Assembly: GCA_013239625.1 (NCBI GenBank)
Contig: MU057069.1
Coordinates: 1,546,018-1,610,017 of the forward strand
Origin: Lama guanicoe
Lineage: Eukaryota
DNA length: 64,000 nucleotides
Reading direction: 5' to 3'
Notes under the pieces: model-generated
Seen by the model: only the letters and a program-made list of their open reading frames with translations
Databases searched by the model: none
What the model was told of the DNA's origin: nothing
Position numbers and translations under genes: made by a program
In this document: in pieces, positions 39,033 to 52,690 of the stretch
Layout of the letters: every line of letters begins with the position of its first letter
How positions within the stretch are numbered: position 1 is the first letter of the stretch

Positions 39033-42000
39033 GCTGTCCTGTGGTCGGGCTCCCCAGGTGGCAGGTCACCTCTGGCTTCCTGTCCCCACCAGCCCCACCC
39101 CCCCATCCCCAGCCCCGACTTGGCCCTGGTGTCTCCATGGAAACGCCACTGTGTTTGCTCCCAGGCCTCCCACCAGTGAGGGCCAGCTTTAGCTACCTTC
39201 TCTGTGGGCGATGGGACGGTGTCAGTGCAGCCACAGCCCCTCGCCCTCGCCCTCTGCCTCTCCCACCCACGAGCACCCTCTGCGTTTCCTACCAGGAAGA
39301 GCTGGCAGCAGGGGAGTCCCTTTGGGACTGTTCCTGAGCCCTTCCTCTGCCACCTGCCCAGAGAAAGGGGTCAGACCCCAGCCCCTTCCCTCACCCCTGG
39401 GCCTCTGCTTGGCTCAGCAGTTCCCCCCGGCTCCCCCACCCCAGAAGCTCCCCTGCACCACCCCACCTCTGTCCCAGAAAGGGTGAGTCTCCCTCCCTGG
39501 ACTGCTGCTCCCTGGAGAGTGTCGCACTTTAGAAGGCTCTGGGGGGCGCCCTCGGTGGGGTCTCTCATTGAGCTGCTTGCCCAGGCCCACATCCAAGCCG
39601 GCTCAGGAGCCAAGCCTGGGACCAAGGGGTCCCCCCGGGCCCGCAAGCTCCTGGTGTGAGGAGAGTGGGAGGGCAGTGCATCACTCTGGCTGGCGGGCCC
39701 CTGGCTGGTCAGCTCTGCCTTGGTGACCACACTGCAGGCCCCGTGCGGTCGGCCAGTCCGTGGGGGGGCAGGCACTGGGAGGGCTGGCTCTGGCCTGCTT
39801 GGGAGCTTTGTGTTTGTGAATGTGCTTCAGCCTGGCCTGTGGCAGCCTCTGTGCCACCTCCCAGGCACAGCGGCAGGGGGTTTGCACCAGGCGGAGATCC
39901 CAGTGACCTAGCAACCTCTCTCGAAGAAGGCCCCTGCACTCTCCTGCATGTGGGCCTCAGCCTCCCCTGCAGGCTGTCCTGACAGCCTGACCGCCTCCGC
40001 CCCACCCCCTCACATCCTGGGTCCTCACTGTGTCACCGTCTCCCTCTCTGGTAGGGGCAGGCAGTGGTCCAGGCCCCCCCCCACCCTATGCTCTTGTCCG
40101 GCAGGGCAGTGGCTGCCTCAGCTGCTTTACTCCAGCTTGGGGGCCCCTGGCCCCGGGTCATCGTTCAGCACATGCCGCCCGAGCATAGGGGCAAAGTTTG
40201 GCCGACTCTGGCTGTTCCTGGCCTGTGGTGTGGTCAGCCTTGCTTACCTGGTGACCCAACCTGGCAGACAAGGCTAGGCCTGACACGCGGGCTCCAGGGA
40301 AGTATTTAGGATGAGGCTGAAGGGCCGTGTGCGGCACCAACAGGGCAGTTGCAGTGGAGGGTGCAGCCCTGCCCACGCCAGAACCCACACCCAGCCTGGC
40401 ACCTTGCAGACTCCTCCAGAGTCGCTCGGGGTCTGGCTGGGACCCTCACTCTCCAGTCCTCAGAGGACGCCCAGAAAGCTTCTTCTTGGCACTCAGGTGA
40501 CCTGACCCCAGCCCTGCCCCCGGCAGCACCTGCCAGGCCTGCACCATCCCCAGCCCTGCTCCCGGTCAGCCTGCACCTCCCTCCTCAGCGTTTCCCAAGG
40601 GCAGGGCCCTGAGGCCAGCTTGGATGCTAAGACATCTGAAGTCGGCTGGCCTGACACCGGCTGCAGAGAAGGGGGCTGGGATGGCCCGTGTGCCCAGCCC
40701 TATGGCACAGTCTGGAGGGCGTGCCTGTGCGAGCGGGTACCTTGCCAGCCTGTGGGGAGGCAGCTGGGCCTCAGGTGGTCTGTCCTGCAGAGCCGCGGCA
40801 CCCCTGAGCTAGGCCTGGCGTCCACTGAGGGAGGAGCCGGCCTGCTGCCCCTGAAGGGCTAAGCCCCAACCTGGAGGCTGAGATGCCCTTGACAGGTGCT
40901 TCAGCCCTTCCTGTCCTGAGGCCGTAGACGCCCTGGGCCCTCGTGCTGGTACCCTTCCCTTCCGTCTGGGGTGCGTGGCCATGAGGCTGCCTGCCTCGGA
41001 CCCCTGGCCAGAGCCTCCCGCCTGGGAGAAGGAGACCCTCAGAGCCACCAGCCTCCCCTCCAGTGTTAGGGATCACCGATACAGTGTGTTCTTAATTACA
41101 CTAAATCATCGCTGGGATTCCTTATAAGCACTAATTATACCTGATTATAGGTTAAACTATTTATTTTGTCAAAATATTTTCTTGAGGATGTGTTTAACCT
41201 TTTCTGTGTTCTTTGTGTGCTGAGGTGTGAAAACTAACCATCTCCCGTCTGCCTTTCTGGCCAGTGGGCAGCAGCAGATGCACTGTGTGCAGTTCCCCCC
41301 GGGGCACCGGTGGGCCTTTGGCCAGCCTGCCCCAGAGCAGCCCCCGCCGGGGCCCCCAGGCACCAAGCAGGCCGAGCAGGCTGGGCCCAGCCAAGACCCG
41401 ATTGACCTCCTTGTCGGCGGGACAAGGGGCCACAGAGCTGAGCGGTGTGTTGCTGGCCCACGCTGGAGGGAAAGGGGACTGTCGTCCGTTGTCTGTCCTC
41501 CTGTCGGTCTGTCTGTCAGCCCCTCTGTGTGAGCGACCATGCTGTCTGCCCTGGACCGGGCCCTGGCTCACCACCCATCCCCTCCTCACCCAGAAGTGCA
41601 GAGCAGGGGGGCCTAGGGAGGCGTGGGGCCTGCGCTGTCACTCAGGGCCTCAGCGGGAGGGTGGGGATGAGGGCTGGGTGGCCGGGTACCCACACTCGGG
41701 CTCCTCCTCCTTCCTGCCACTGCACCCCCACTTGGCCTCTGCACGCTTCTAACTCAGTCAGGCACAGCCTTCTGGATAGTTGGAGGGGGCTCAAGCCAGC
41801 AAGGGAGAGCTTCCAGGAACCCCGCGCCCTCCGCCAGCCTGTGAGTCTCTGCCCTGCCTGCTGTCAGGACTCTGGTCCTCTTGTGGGTCCCCTACGTGGG
41901 AAGAGCCAGCTTCACCACCCAGGCTGTGTGTGTGGGCCCAGAAGACGCCCCCGCAGTGCCCACCTCTCCTGGTGCCCAGCTCCCACCCTTCCTGTGCTTG

Positions 42001-42310
42001 GGGTGCCCAGGGACAGCTGTCAACCTGGAGTGTCACCATGTCTCTCCAGGCGATCCTGGAGAACGGGAGATGGATATTTATTTCCTCAAGTTTGCACTTA
42101 ATTTGTGAGGGTTCTCAGGTTTGCTGTCTGGCTGCCCCCAGCCTAGCGCTCCATCACTGTCCTGTGTCTCTTCGGGCGGGGCCGGTCTGGAGGGCGGGTC
42201 AGCGGCACCAGAGCGGCCGCCCACCTGCTGCCTCTGCTGCCAGATAGTGTCTCTCTAGTTTGGGACCCTGCATGTGAAATACTCCACAATAAACAAACAA
42301 ACAGACTGTT
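39033..42310 (+). other. TOM1L2: TOM1L2 3'UTR
   Basis: Stop codon to AATAAA at 42288, followed by a GT-rich downstream element; end is approximate. Confidence 0.75.
42288..42293 (+). terminator. TOM1L2 polyadenylation signal
   Basis: AATAAA followed by tgttcctgtgtgatctctgttgcgtg (GU-rich). Confidence 0.8.
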
Positions 42311-44289
42311 CCTGTGTGATCTCTGTTGCGTGGGCTGTGACTGTCCACAGGGCATGCCAGTTCTCTAAGCAGAGGCTGAGAGGGCCCTGCTGGACGGAGC
42401 AGCCGGGCAGCTCACTCCCTCCCCCACACCCAGGCGCTGAGCCGCCCCTGTCCTAGGAGCCCCCCACCCCCTGCCTGTCGCCATTTGGCCGTCCTGCATC
42501 CTCCGGCCTAAGGCCAGCAGGGCTGGGAGAGTACTCCGGGCAGGACAGCCATGGGGGAGGGGCCTCAAGGTCCCTGGGGGGCCCTCGCCAAGATGCATTT
42601 CTCTCATACATGAACAGCCACTTCTAAAAAGGCCCAGTTAGTGGAGAAAGAAGTTTGGGAAATGCTGGAGTAGTTAGACAGTGTCAGGACTTCTTTGTTC
42701 AAGATAAGGGTAGTCTGTGGCCCAGACCTCTCAGTTAGAGAGGGCATGCCTATTGGAACTTCCTTGGTTGTGGCAGAAAGATGTTTGGTTTAATCAGAAA
42801 GAGGCATTTATTGGGTTATGTAGCCAAGGAAGTTCAGGTATTGCAGGTTCCGGCACCGCTGGCTCCAGGCGCCTGGGATTCGGTTAGGAATCTGCCTCTC
42901 TTCCTCTGGGTTGCCTCTTCCACCAGCCCCAGGCTGACATCCTACGAGCACAGAGAGCTGCTGCTTTCCCAGTGGTTCCACCAGAAGTCCCAGAACATGC
43001 CCTGGGAAACCAGACTGTGAGCAGAAGGAAGCTGAGCCAGGGAGGCACACACAGTAGCTGGTCACTGCAGTGTGGATGGGCATGCCTGGGGCACAGGCTT
43101 GGACAGAGACAAGCTTCAGGACCCCTCTTCCAGTGCTCCCTCCCCAGCCCTGGGCCGCCTCCCTCTGGGAGCGCCCAGTGGGGCTGTTTTCCGGGGGGGG
43201 GGCAGAGTGTTAGCACCGTGGGCCCTCTCATGGCTCACGGCCCCCTGCCTGCCAGTTCCCTGCTGACACACCAGAGGAAAAGCCTCTGCAACCTGCCTCT
43301 TTTCCAAGGAGAGGGTCTCTTTGGGGTCCTCGGGCCGGGGTGGGCAGACCAGAGGCCTTAACCAGGCATGACTCACCCAGAAGTGCCATTTGCTGCAGAG
43401 GAACCCCTTCCAGCTCTTGCACAGTGGCCTTCAGAGGGTCTGAATGGGCTCCAGGCCCAGGCCCAGGCCCTCAGCACTTAGAAATCCAACTCTGTGGGAC
43501 ACACCGTTCCCTCCCCACCCCTCCCCTGCCTGGGACTGCAGGCCTGGGGCAGGTCCCTGAGCTCCAGTTGTGTGAAATGGGGTCATGGGGAGTTAGCCGG
43601 CTGCCTCCAGGGGCCTGCCTGGGTGGAACCCAGGAACGGAAGGGACTGGGAAGCTCACAGGCTCCTGCTGTTGCCTGCTGTCACTCACTGCTGCTCAAAA
43701 GTCCCATGTTTCAAGAAAAGCCAGAAATCCAGCCTACAGGTAAAAATCTACATTTGATAATGAACTCAGAATCATAACCCGTGTAGACCTGGCTCTGGCC
43801 CGCAGGTGTCAGATGAAGCCCCACTCTCATTGTGCAACAGACCTTCTGTGGAGGGTCTACTGAGTGACTTGATCGGAACAGCTGACCAGAGAGGCTCAGA
43901 GAGGGCTAGAAACGGCTTGTCCAGCACACAGCAGAGGTCAAACGGGAATGAGAATACCGGGTCACCCAGGACCAGAACCATCCACATCAGCAGCCCTCTG
44001 GTTCCATGATGCCCAGACAGAAGTCGGGGGAACCCACTGCTCTCTCCCAGCTCTGTGCTGCCTGGCCTCCTCAGCCACGAGCTATGGCAGAATGAAGGAC
44101 AAATGGCCAGGCGGGTGGCAGGGGGGCTCCGGGAGTGGGAGGGGGCTGAGCAGCTTGCTAGGCAAGGCCCAGTGCCGGCAGCCCTGGCGACTCCCGTGCC
44201 TGGCCCGCCACCCACCCCTGAGCTCAGGCATTGAGAACATGACCGCGCTGGACACCTGCCTGAAACGCCTCTGAACCCACAGAAGATGC

Positions 44290-44700
44290 CTCTGCGCCCT
44301 TTGGACGCCCAGGGCGGGAAGAGGCAGATGCGAGCCGGGCCCCCCAGCCGGAACAGGAGACTAGGCCCGCCGGGAATCTGGCGGAACGCGGGATCGGGCC
44401 GGGCCTCCGGGCTGGGCGCCCGGGTCAGTCCCGCGGCGCACGTGACCCGGCCGCTGGGAGCTGGGCGCTGACGCTGCGTCACCCCACTCGGGGCAGCGCG
44501 CCCATTGGCTGCGTAGCGGGCCGGGGCGGGACTCGTCCGCACCACGCCCCCAACCCGGCGCGCCCGCTGCTCTACCGCGCCCACGTCCTCGCGGCCTCGC
44601 TCTCCTCACCTGTGAAATGGGGCTGCCGTCCTCCTGGGGAGTAAGAGGTTAACGCGGCACGCGCCCGGCCCTGGCGGGACCCTTGAGGGGCTCCTTGAGG
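44290..44700. promoter_or_regulatory. CpG island with E-box, SRE, inverted CCAAT and GC-box cluster
   Basis: CACGTGAC 44439-46, GTCACCCCAC 44478-87, ATTGG 44504-08, GGGGCGGGA 44523-31. Confidence 0.7.
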
Positions 44701-45124
44701 GGAGGGGCCACCAAGAGAAGCAGCTTCCCTGGGGAACAGAACCGAAGAATCGAACAGCAGCCCCCAGCCTGCTTCCCCCACCCTCACCTGGACGAATACC
44801 CTTCTGGTCTCAGGCTGCGCAGAGAAGTGTGTCTTTGGCGGCCAAGACCCCCTCCCCGCTCCCAAGACTGTGCCCGACGCGGGGGTGGCCGGGGTGGGGG
44901 CTTCAGCCAGGCTTCACTGGACCTGGCTCGCTTCTAGTCTGGGCTGCAGGTCTCCGTTGTCCTGGCTTCACCACCCACCCCACGCAGTTATGCGTGCATA
45001 TTGACTGAGCCTGCTCTTGACATATGCGGTAAACTCCGCTAAAGGACAATGAGGCAAGTCTATTGTGACCATGACTCCAACACACACACTGCTGCCTCTG
45101 CAGAATAATGGCAGGAAGGAGTGT

Positions 45125-45190
45125 TCTCATTTTACAGAGACTCAGAAAGGTGAAGTAAGTGGTTGTAGGTCACACAGCAAGCAGGTGAAA
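45125..45190 (+). mobile_element. MIR fragment
   Basis: tctcattttacagagactcagaaaggtgaagtaagt...aggtcacacagcaag. Confidence 0.6.
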
Positions 45191-46269
45191 ACCTGGACTG
45201 GCCTCCTGACTCTGAAGAAAGTGATCTTCAGGCTTTCTCTCCCCAGGAAGGATGTTGGAATTTTCAGGGAGGTCACCAGATTCCCAAGGCCTCCTGGGTG
45301 CTTGGCTCCTACATGGGGTGGTGGGGCCTGGTTGGGAGGTTGAGGAGAAGTGGGATCCCTCTGTTCCCCAGCAAAAGTTTATCTGAAGGGCCAGGCCCTG
45401 GGGGACCCCTAAGCAGGGCCATTTAGGGGGCAGATGTGGTTTGGAGACTCCCATCCCCACCCTGGGTCCTGGCCACCCCTGTTCTGGGTAATTTTCCACA
45501 GCAGCCACTTCCAGGAGGGGAACAAAGAGCCCTGCATGTCCAGGCTGAGCCCCAGGGACTTGGGCCTCCAAGGCATCTCTTGGCCTGGACATCCCCCTTC
45601 CAAAGTGCACCACTAATTTTACTCCCTCAGAGGGCGTGGCCACACAGGCTATATCTGGAGTCTGAGCAAGGCAGTGCTGAGGATGGCTGGACTAACTGAG
45701 GGGTGAGGGGGCAGGCTAGGCGGGTCTGGGGATCCAGACCTGTCCCCTTGGCTGCCCTCCACCGAGGGTGCCTCTCTCTGCTTGCATACCGACAGGGACA
45801 GGGAGCTCACTGCCTTACCACTTTCAGTCCCTGAATGTTGCTGGACAGGCTGGACTTCTCCCCAGCCTGGCTGCGTCCTCTGACCTGGCCCCAGCCTGAC
45901 ATGATCCAAGGCTAGGTGGCCCAGATCTGAAGCACAGTCTGCCTTTTCCTCATCCCAGCTGCTCCTAGGGACCGGCACCATGATGGGAGGCAGACAGCCC
46001 TGGGGTCGGCCCTGTTGTTGCCCCTGAGTGGCAGGTTGGCTCTGTGAGTCCGCCTGTGCTCCTGGGTATGGAGGTTGGCCCACCCTCAGCAACTGGACTA
46101 GGCCCCCAAGCCCCTCTGTGATCCAGACTCAGCTGTGGAAACCAGGAAACCAGATTAAGTCAGCCTCCTCCAGGCTCCGCCTGGACTATCCCCTCCGAGG
46201 AGGCCCATCTCACAGGCCCAGCCCGGCGGTGATCAGTAATGTCCCAGCCAGCCTAGGCAGAGGCATCAA

Positions 46270-46350
46270 GCCCCAGTTACAGCTGGGGAAACTGAGGCAC
46301 AGAGTGGTGATGTAACTGGCCCAAGGCCACACAGCTGGTATCAGAGCTAT
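46270..46350 (+). mobile_element. MIR fragment
   Basis: ttacagctggggaaactgaggcacagag...ggcccaaggccacacagct. Confidence 0.7.
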
Positions 46351-46481
46351 AACTTGGACCGGTCCATCTTTTAAAGAGCCACATCGCAGGAGTGAGGTTT
46401 GTCTGTTCACCCCCCACCCCCGCTCCAAGTCAGAGACCTGTGAGACGGACCCACTCCTGGGGCTAACACTCGGTCCCGTAG

Positions 46482-47474
<993 letters not shown>

Positions 47475-48254
47475 TAGGAAACCCACGGATATTTCGTTAC
47501 ATCTTGTGTCGGCGCGGGGGCGGGGGGGACAACTTCGGGTAGAGCGGTGGGGTGAGACCTGAGAGTCAGCCCCAGGACCTGCTGGGAAGGCTGTCTCCCC
47601 GCAGAGGGCCTGGCAGAGTTGGAGATGCGCAGGAGGTGAGGCTGCGCAGGTGGGCTAAAGCGGACCCCTTGTTGGCCAAGGGAACGGAGGGAGCAGCCGC
47701 CCGGCCGGCATACATCGTGGAAGCACCACTTCGGTTGTTCTATAGAGAAGGGATTTGGGGGCGACTGTGCAACAGGGACCTGTTAGGAGGCTGTTACTCC
47801 ACTTGCTGATGGGGAATCCAAGCCCCCAGCAACTTGCCTCCATGGTTGCTATCCAGTTTCAGCAACGCTGGCTCAGTTACACTGGGTTGGTGGGGAAACA
47901 GGCCAAGAGCAGGGGAGTCAAACCTCCCACAACCTGGATAGGGGTGGACTTGTCCATGGAGCCTGTGGCCACCCTTGGGTTAGCAAAATAGACCCATCTA
48001 AGCCACCCACTCCTGCTCTACTGTAGCCTTGCAGATTAACCCAGCTGACAGGGCCAAGAGTCTCCAGGTCCCAGGAGGAATGAGGGTTGAGAGGAGGGTG
48101 AGGCAGGCCTGGAGTGCCAGGATGGGGAGCTGGACTGGATCCTGGAGGCAGTGGGGATCCTAGGGGGTGGGTGGGGCAGGACAGTGCCATACTTGAATTA
48201 CATGCCAGAAGGTCCTTCTGGCTGTTGGGGTGGAGGGTCCCAGCATGAGTAGGG

Positions 48255-48470
48255 AACACTAATTGAGCACTTACTGTATGCCAGGCATTGTGCTGACCAT
48301 TGAGTCCGCCCAACAACCCCAAGTATGTAGACATAAGATTTTCATCTTACAGACGAGGGTCTTGAGGCACAGAGAGGTTAAATGACTTGCCCCAGGTCAC
48401 ACAGCCAGAACATGGCAGAGCCAGAATTCAAACCCAGGCTGTGGACTCCAGAGCCCACAGCTCTTAACTG
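48255..48470 (+). mobile_element. MIR (near full length)
   Basis: ttgagcacttactgtatgccaggcattgtgct...gaggttaaatgacttgccccaggtcacacagc...gaattcaaacccaggc. Confidence 0.85.
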
Positions 48471-50414
48471 GGCTCTTAAAACTGTATGTGTATATGTAGG
48501 GGTGGGGAGGAGGGGTGTACAATAGAACAGAGAACCTAGCAGGGTGCCCGCATGTGGGAGTATGCTGGGGGCCTGGGAGCGTGGCATAGACGGGTTGAGG
48601 TCATGTAGCTGCCTCCCCATCCCAGCGCCTTTGAGTCATGAGACTTAGGGCTGGCATCTGGGAGCCAGCCAAGGGCCTTGAGCCCCACTAGGCCCATGTG
48701 TCTTTCTCAGCCACACCCTCTGTCAGGTGACCAGATCTCCAGGCGGAGCTTTCACCGGGAATCCTGGGTTAGGTGGCTGAAGGCCCTAGCCTGGCCGCAG
48801 TGCACTGTGACCTCTGGTGAGCTCCGTCTCCTCTCGGCCGCCTTTCTTGCTCTTGCTTTGAGGTCCCTCGTGGCTGTGGGTGGAGGATATGTGGGAGTGG
48901 CCCTGCACAAGTGCCTGGGTTTATTGTTAATTCTGTGGCAGCCTTCACCTCCCTGCTGGTTAGCTCATCAGATCTGGCACATGCTTCTTGGTGTGGAAGA
49001 GGCAAGTGGCAGTGGCAGGCTGGTCACAGTGGCCACATCCCCCATGGGGCAGGCCTGGCTGAGGGGTGGCTCTGGGCTCTGGTGGCAGCACCGCTGGCAT
49101 CTCCTCTGCCTGGGCTCCTGGTGTTCACACTGTCTTCACACCCCAGGTGTCTGCCGAGCTAGGCAGCTGCCCATGTCCCTGGTGCTGGCATCAACCACAG
49201 ACCTTGCCTCCTAGGGTCCAGGCCACCCTGGTGGAGAGGAACATTCTGCCACACGTCTCCCCATGGTTTCTCGTGCCCATATCTCTCCCTGGTCCCACAA
49301 AACACCGGTCGTCTTTAGAAGACACAGCTTGACTCCTTACTGCCCAGCTCCCGGCTCCAGCACGTGGCTCCTCAGGCCCCTGACCACCATGGTTCCCCAG
49401 TGCCCCCAAGATAAAGCCCCCTCATCTCAGCAAGCCTGCCTCCTGTGAGGGTCCCCCCGCAGGTCCCACGGCACAGGCCTTCCCCGCCCGAACGCACTCT
49501 GCCCTGGTGTCGGGCCCCCTCCTGAAAGCCCTCAGGTGGAATCTGAGAGAGGCCTCTTCCAGCGGACATGTCCCGCTTTCCACTCCTTTTCCTGCCTTTT
49601 GGTACTGGCCTGCCTGACTCAGGGCAGCCAAAAGCAGAGGGCCCTCCCTGCAATGCCCTCTCTGATCGGCAGCAGGCCACCCCGGACGCGGAGACTTGGA
49701 GATGGAGGCTGTAAGACTGGCTGCCTTTTGGCCCTCACACCTCTTGGGGGACGGGGAGGAGCGGGCTGGGAGTGGTCTGGGGAGGCAGGTGGCTGGGAGT
49801 GACCTCCTGCCCGATGGTCACCTCACTGGACACAAACATCCTGAGGGACCTCGTCAACCCCAGGCAGGGGTCACTGCCGGGCAGAGGCCTGGGATCTGGA
49901 CTTTGCCCCCTGAGAAGTCCGACCTGGTGGGAACTGCTGTGCCAGACAGAGGAAGTGTCTCGGTCTGTGTCTCTTGCCAGCCACAGGCCTGTGGATGTGC
50001 CCTCTGACCCCGGGATCTGACTGGGCTGTGAGACCCATGTCTCATGTGGCCCCACAGGGGGATTGTGTCAGGGGAGGGGAGCGCCTTCAAAATGGGCTTG
50101 GGGCTCCTAGGGAGGGGGCTCTTTGAGGCTGGCTCCAGGTGTGTTGCTCCCTTGCTGGGTTCAGGACATGGTGGGAGATGGGACAGGCCTGGGGGTCTAT
50201 CCCCTTCCCCGCCCGGGAGAGTGTGTGGCCTGGAGAGGCCCATTCTGACCTGGAACCCTGTTCAGGCCCCCCCCCCAGCTAACTCCTAGGTTTCTCCTAG
50301 CAAGCCTGTCCCTCCCAGTCACACCCCAGGCCTGCCCTCCTGGGGCTCTGGGGTCCCCATCCCCCCTGCAGCTGGAAGGCTGGAGCCCAGGGGCCTTCCA
50401 GGTCTGCCCCTGCT

Positions 50415-50540
50415 GTGTGACCGTGGACGAGTGGCTTAACCTCTCTGACCCTCAGGTTCTCATCGTGTCCCTGGTGTAATAGTAGAACTGGCTTCCTGGA
50501 ATTGTGGGCATCAGATGAGCTCATTTAGGTCAGGACACAC
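50415..50540 (-). mobile_element. MIR fragment
   Basis: gctgtgtgaccgtggacgagtggcttaacctctctgaccctcaggttctcatc. Confidence 0.65.
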
Positions 50541-52349
50541 AGTAGGCCCTCAGTCAGTGCAGTTAGGACCATCATCACCTAACCAGGACCTGCTACCCAA
50601 CACGTTTAGCTAAACGGATGTTGACAGTGTTGGAAGAGCCTGTGTTGGGAAGTTTCTGGGATGTTCTGGGCTACAGTTCCAAGTTCTGAGCATCCACCAT
50701 TTGGTGATTCTCTGCATGGGAGACAAGGTGGGGCTGGGTAAAGCCAGTGGGGGCCCCGGTGCCCAGCAGGGACTGCTGTTCAGGCAGAGAACCTCCTGGA
50801 GAAGGTGTTTCTAGTTGGGGAAGCAGGGTCAGAGCAGAGCAGGTGTTCCTCAGTCTCTGGCCATAGCTGATGGTTTGCTGCACAAAACCCCTCCAGGCAG
50901 CCTTGGGAATGCAAATTACAGCACCTTTCAAGTTCCAGTCACACAGTGGTGGGAACTAAGGAAAGCGACCAAAGGTAAATAAAAATAATAAAACGCAGTG
51001 CTGGTGCTGCTCTCAGGAAAGGAGACACGCTGCAGGAAAGGTTGTAAAGGGGCTTATTTTTCCAGAGAGCAGCCCGGCAGCTCTAAAACAGCGTGCTGCC
51101 TTTGAATCAACACACACACTTCAGGTTTAAAACAGCTGCGGAGGAACAATCCAAAAGGGGAAAAGAGGTATTTGTGTAAAGAAATGCACAGCACTGTTTA
51201 GACCAGGAATGGGGCTCGGCAGGAGGGGACTCCCCCATGTTGCCACTGCTTCAAGCCCGTGGGTTGTTTTTCAGACGCCAGAAGGAGCATGTGCCCCGAG
51301 CCCACGTGGGGGAACACGGTGTTGGAAGTGGTGCTGGCCAGCATTTTGTTGAATGGCCATGTTCAGGGTCACTTGGCCTGTGTGAGGGGGAACTGGGGTG
51401 TGGACTAGTAAAGATGAGAGGAGCATCTGAGAAGACACTGGAGCAAGTTTTAAGAGAGGAATAGGAATTTGCAGGTCGACAAAAGAGACTGGGAAGGGAC
51501 TTCCTGGCAGAGGGAACCTCCTAGGCGAACAGGGCAGTGTGGCGGCGACATTCAGCAGTGAGCAGTGCTCTGAAAGTGGACTCAGATGGCGGAGACCAGC
51601 AGGGGTGGGGCTGGCAGCCTATACACCCCTCCATCTGGTCCCTTCTGTGCTCGGCCCTGTGGTCACAGAGCTGGCCCCGGCCTTGGCCCTGCCCTGACAG
51701 TCCCCTGACAGTGATGATTAGGAAGGCCTCCGAGGGGAGACTTCTGCTGGCTGAGCCTTCGAGCCGGGGCCGAGGTGCATGGGCTCGGGCGTTGGCAGGC
51801 CTGGGTTTGTGACCCAGATTCTCCACTTGGCAGCTGTGGGGCCCTCTGCACCTTAGTGTCCTTGTCCATGTAGAGGGCTCACGCCCAGGTACACCTGGGG
51901 CCCCGGTCATGGGCCATCCCATTCCAGGAAGAGCCAGCATGTGCACGCACCCCGGGCAGCCCTGCACACACAGAGGGCAGCCTGTGCCCCTGTTGCTCAC
52001 AGCACCGGCTGAGGACATGTGGACCTGCAACCTGGGTCCTCGGGAGGCTTGAGGGTGTGCCAGTGGGAGCAGCAGGGATGGGTGGCAGGCTGGGTGCAGC
52101 CCGGCTCCCCCTCGCTGTCCTGTGCCCTCCACCAGGGGACAGAGGCGGAGCCGTGCTGCCGTGCTGCCGCTTCGCACCGCTGGGCGGTTTTCACAGCTGT
52201 GCAAATTTTGTAACCTGCTTGCATGGGACACTTTGTAAATCCCTTTCCTGCCCATTTCGTGAGAATTGGTGTCCTTGGCTCAGGAGACAGACAAACGTGG
52301 GTTGGAATTCCAGCTCTTGGCTGCCTCCCCGACCCCCACCCGCTTGGTT

Positions 52350-52690
52350 CCCTCTGTTCCAGCCACACCGGCCTTCTCGCTGTCCCAACATTACACCAAG
52401 CATCCTCCTACCTCAGAGTCTTTGCACTTGCTTTTCCTTCTGCCCAGGACATCCTTCCTCCCTCCTGGCCCATGCCCTCATTTCATACTCAGATGTCACC
52501 TCCTCAAAGAGGCCTGCCCTGACTGCCTCAGTTCCTTCATGGTGCTCGTCACCACTGCACCTCCATCACTCCAAGTGTCTGCAGACCATTGGTCTCTGTC
52601 ACTGGAACATAAGCTCCATGAGGGAGGTCTCCATGCCATGTTCCTGCACCCCGGTGCCTGGCACAGGCCTGACACACAGTAGACACTTAG
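52350..52690 (+). mobile_element. L2 3' fragment
   Basis: ttccagccacaccggccttct...cagatgtcacctcctcaaagaggcct...taagctccatgagggagg...cctgacacacagtagacactt. Confidence 0.75.

Larger units (their letters stand above)
5398..42310 (+). other. TOM1L2: TOM1L2 gene span in window (exons 2-15 plus 3'UTR; exon 1 lies upstream)
   Basis: 14 GT-AG exons total 1448 nt, splice in frame, and encode VHS, GAT and the C-terminal ...SEDALFAL*. Neighbouring SREBF1 matches known synteny. Confidence 0.97.
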
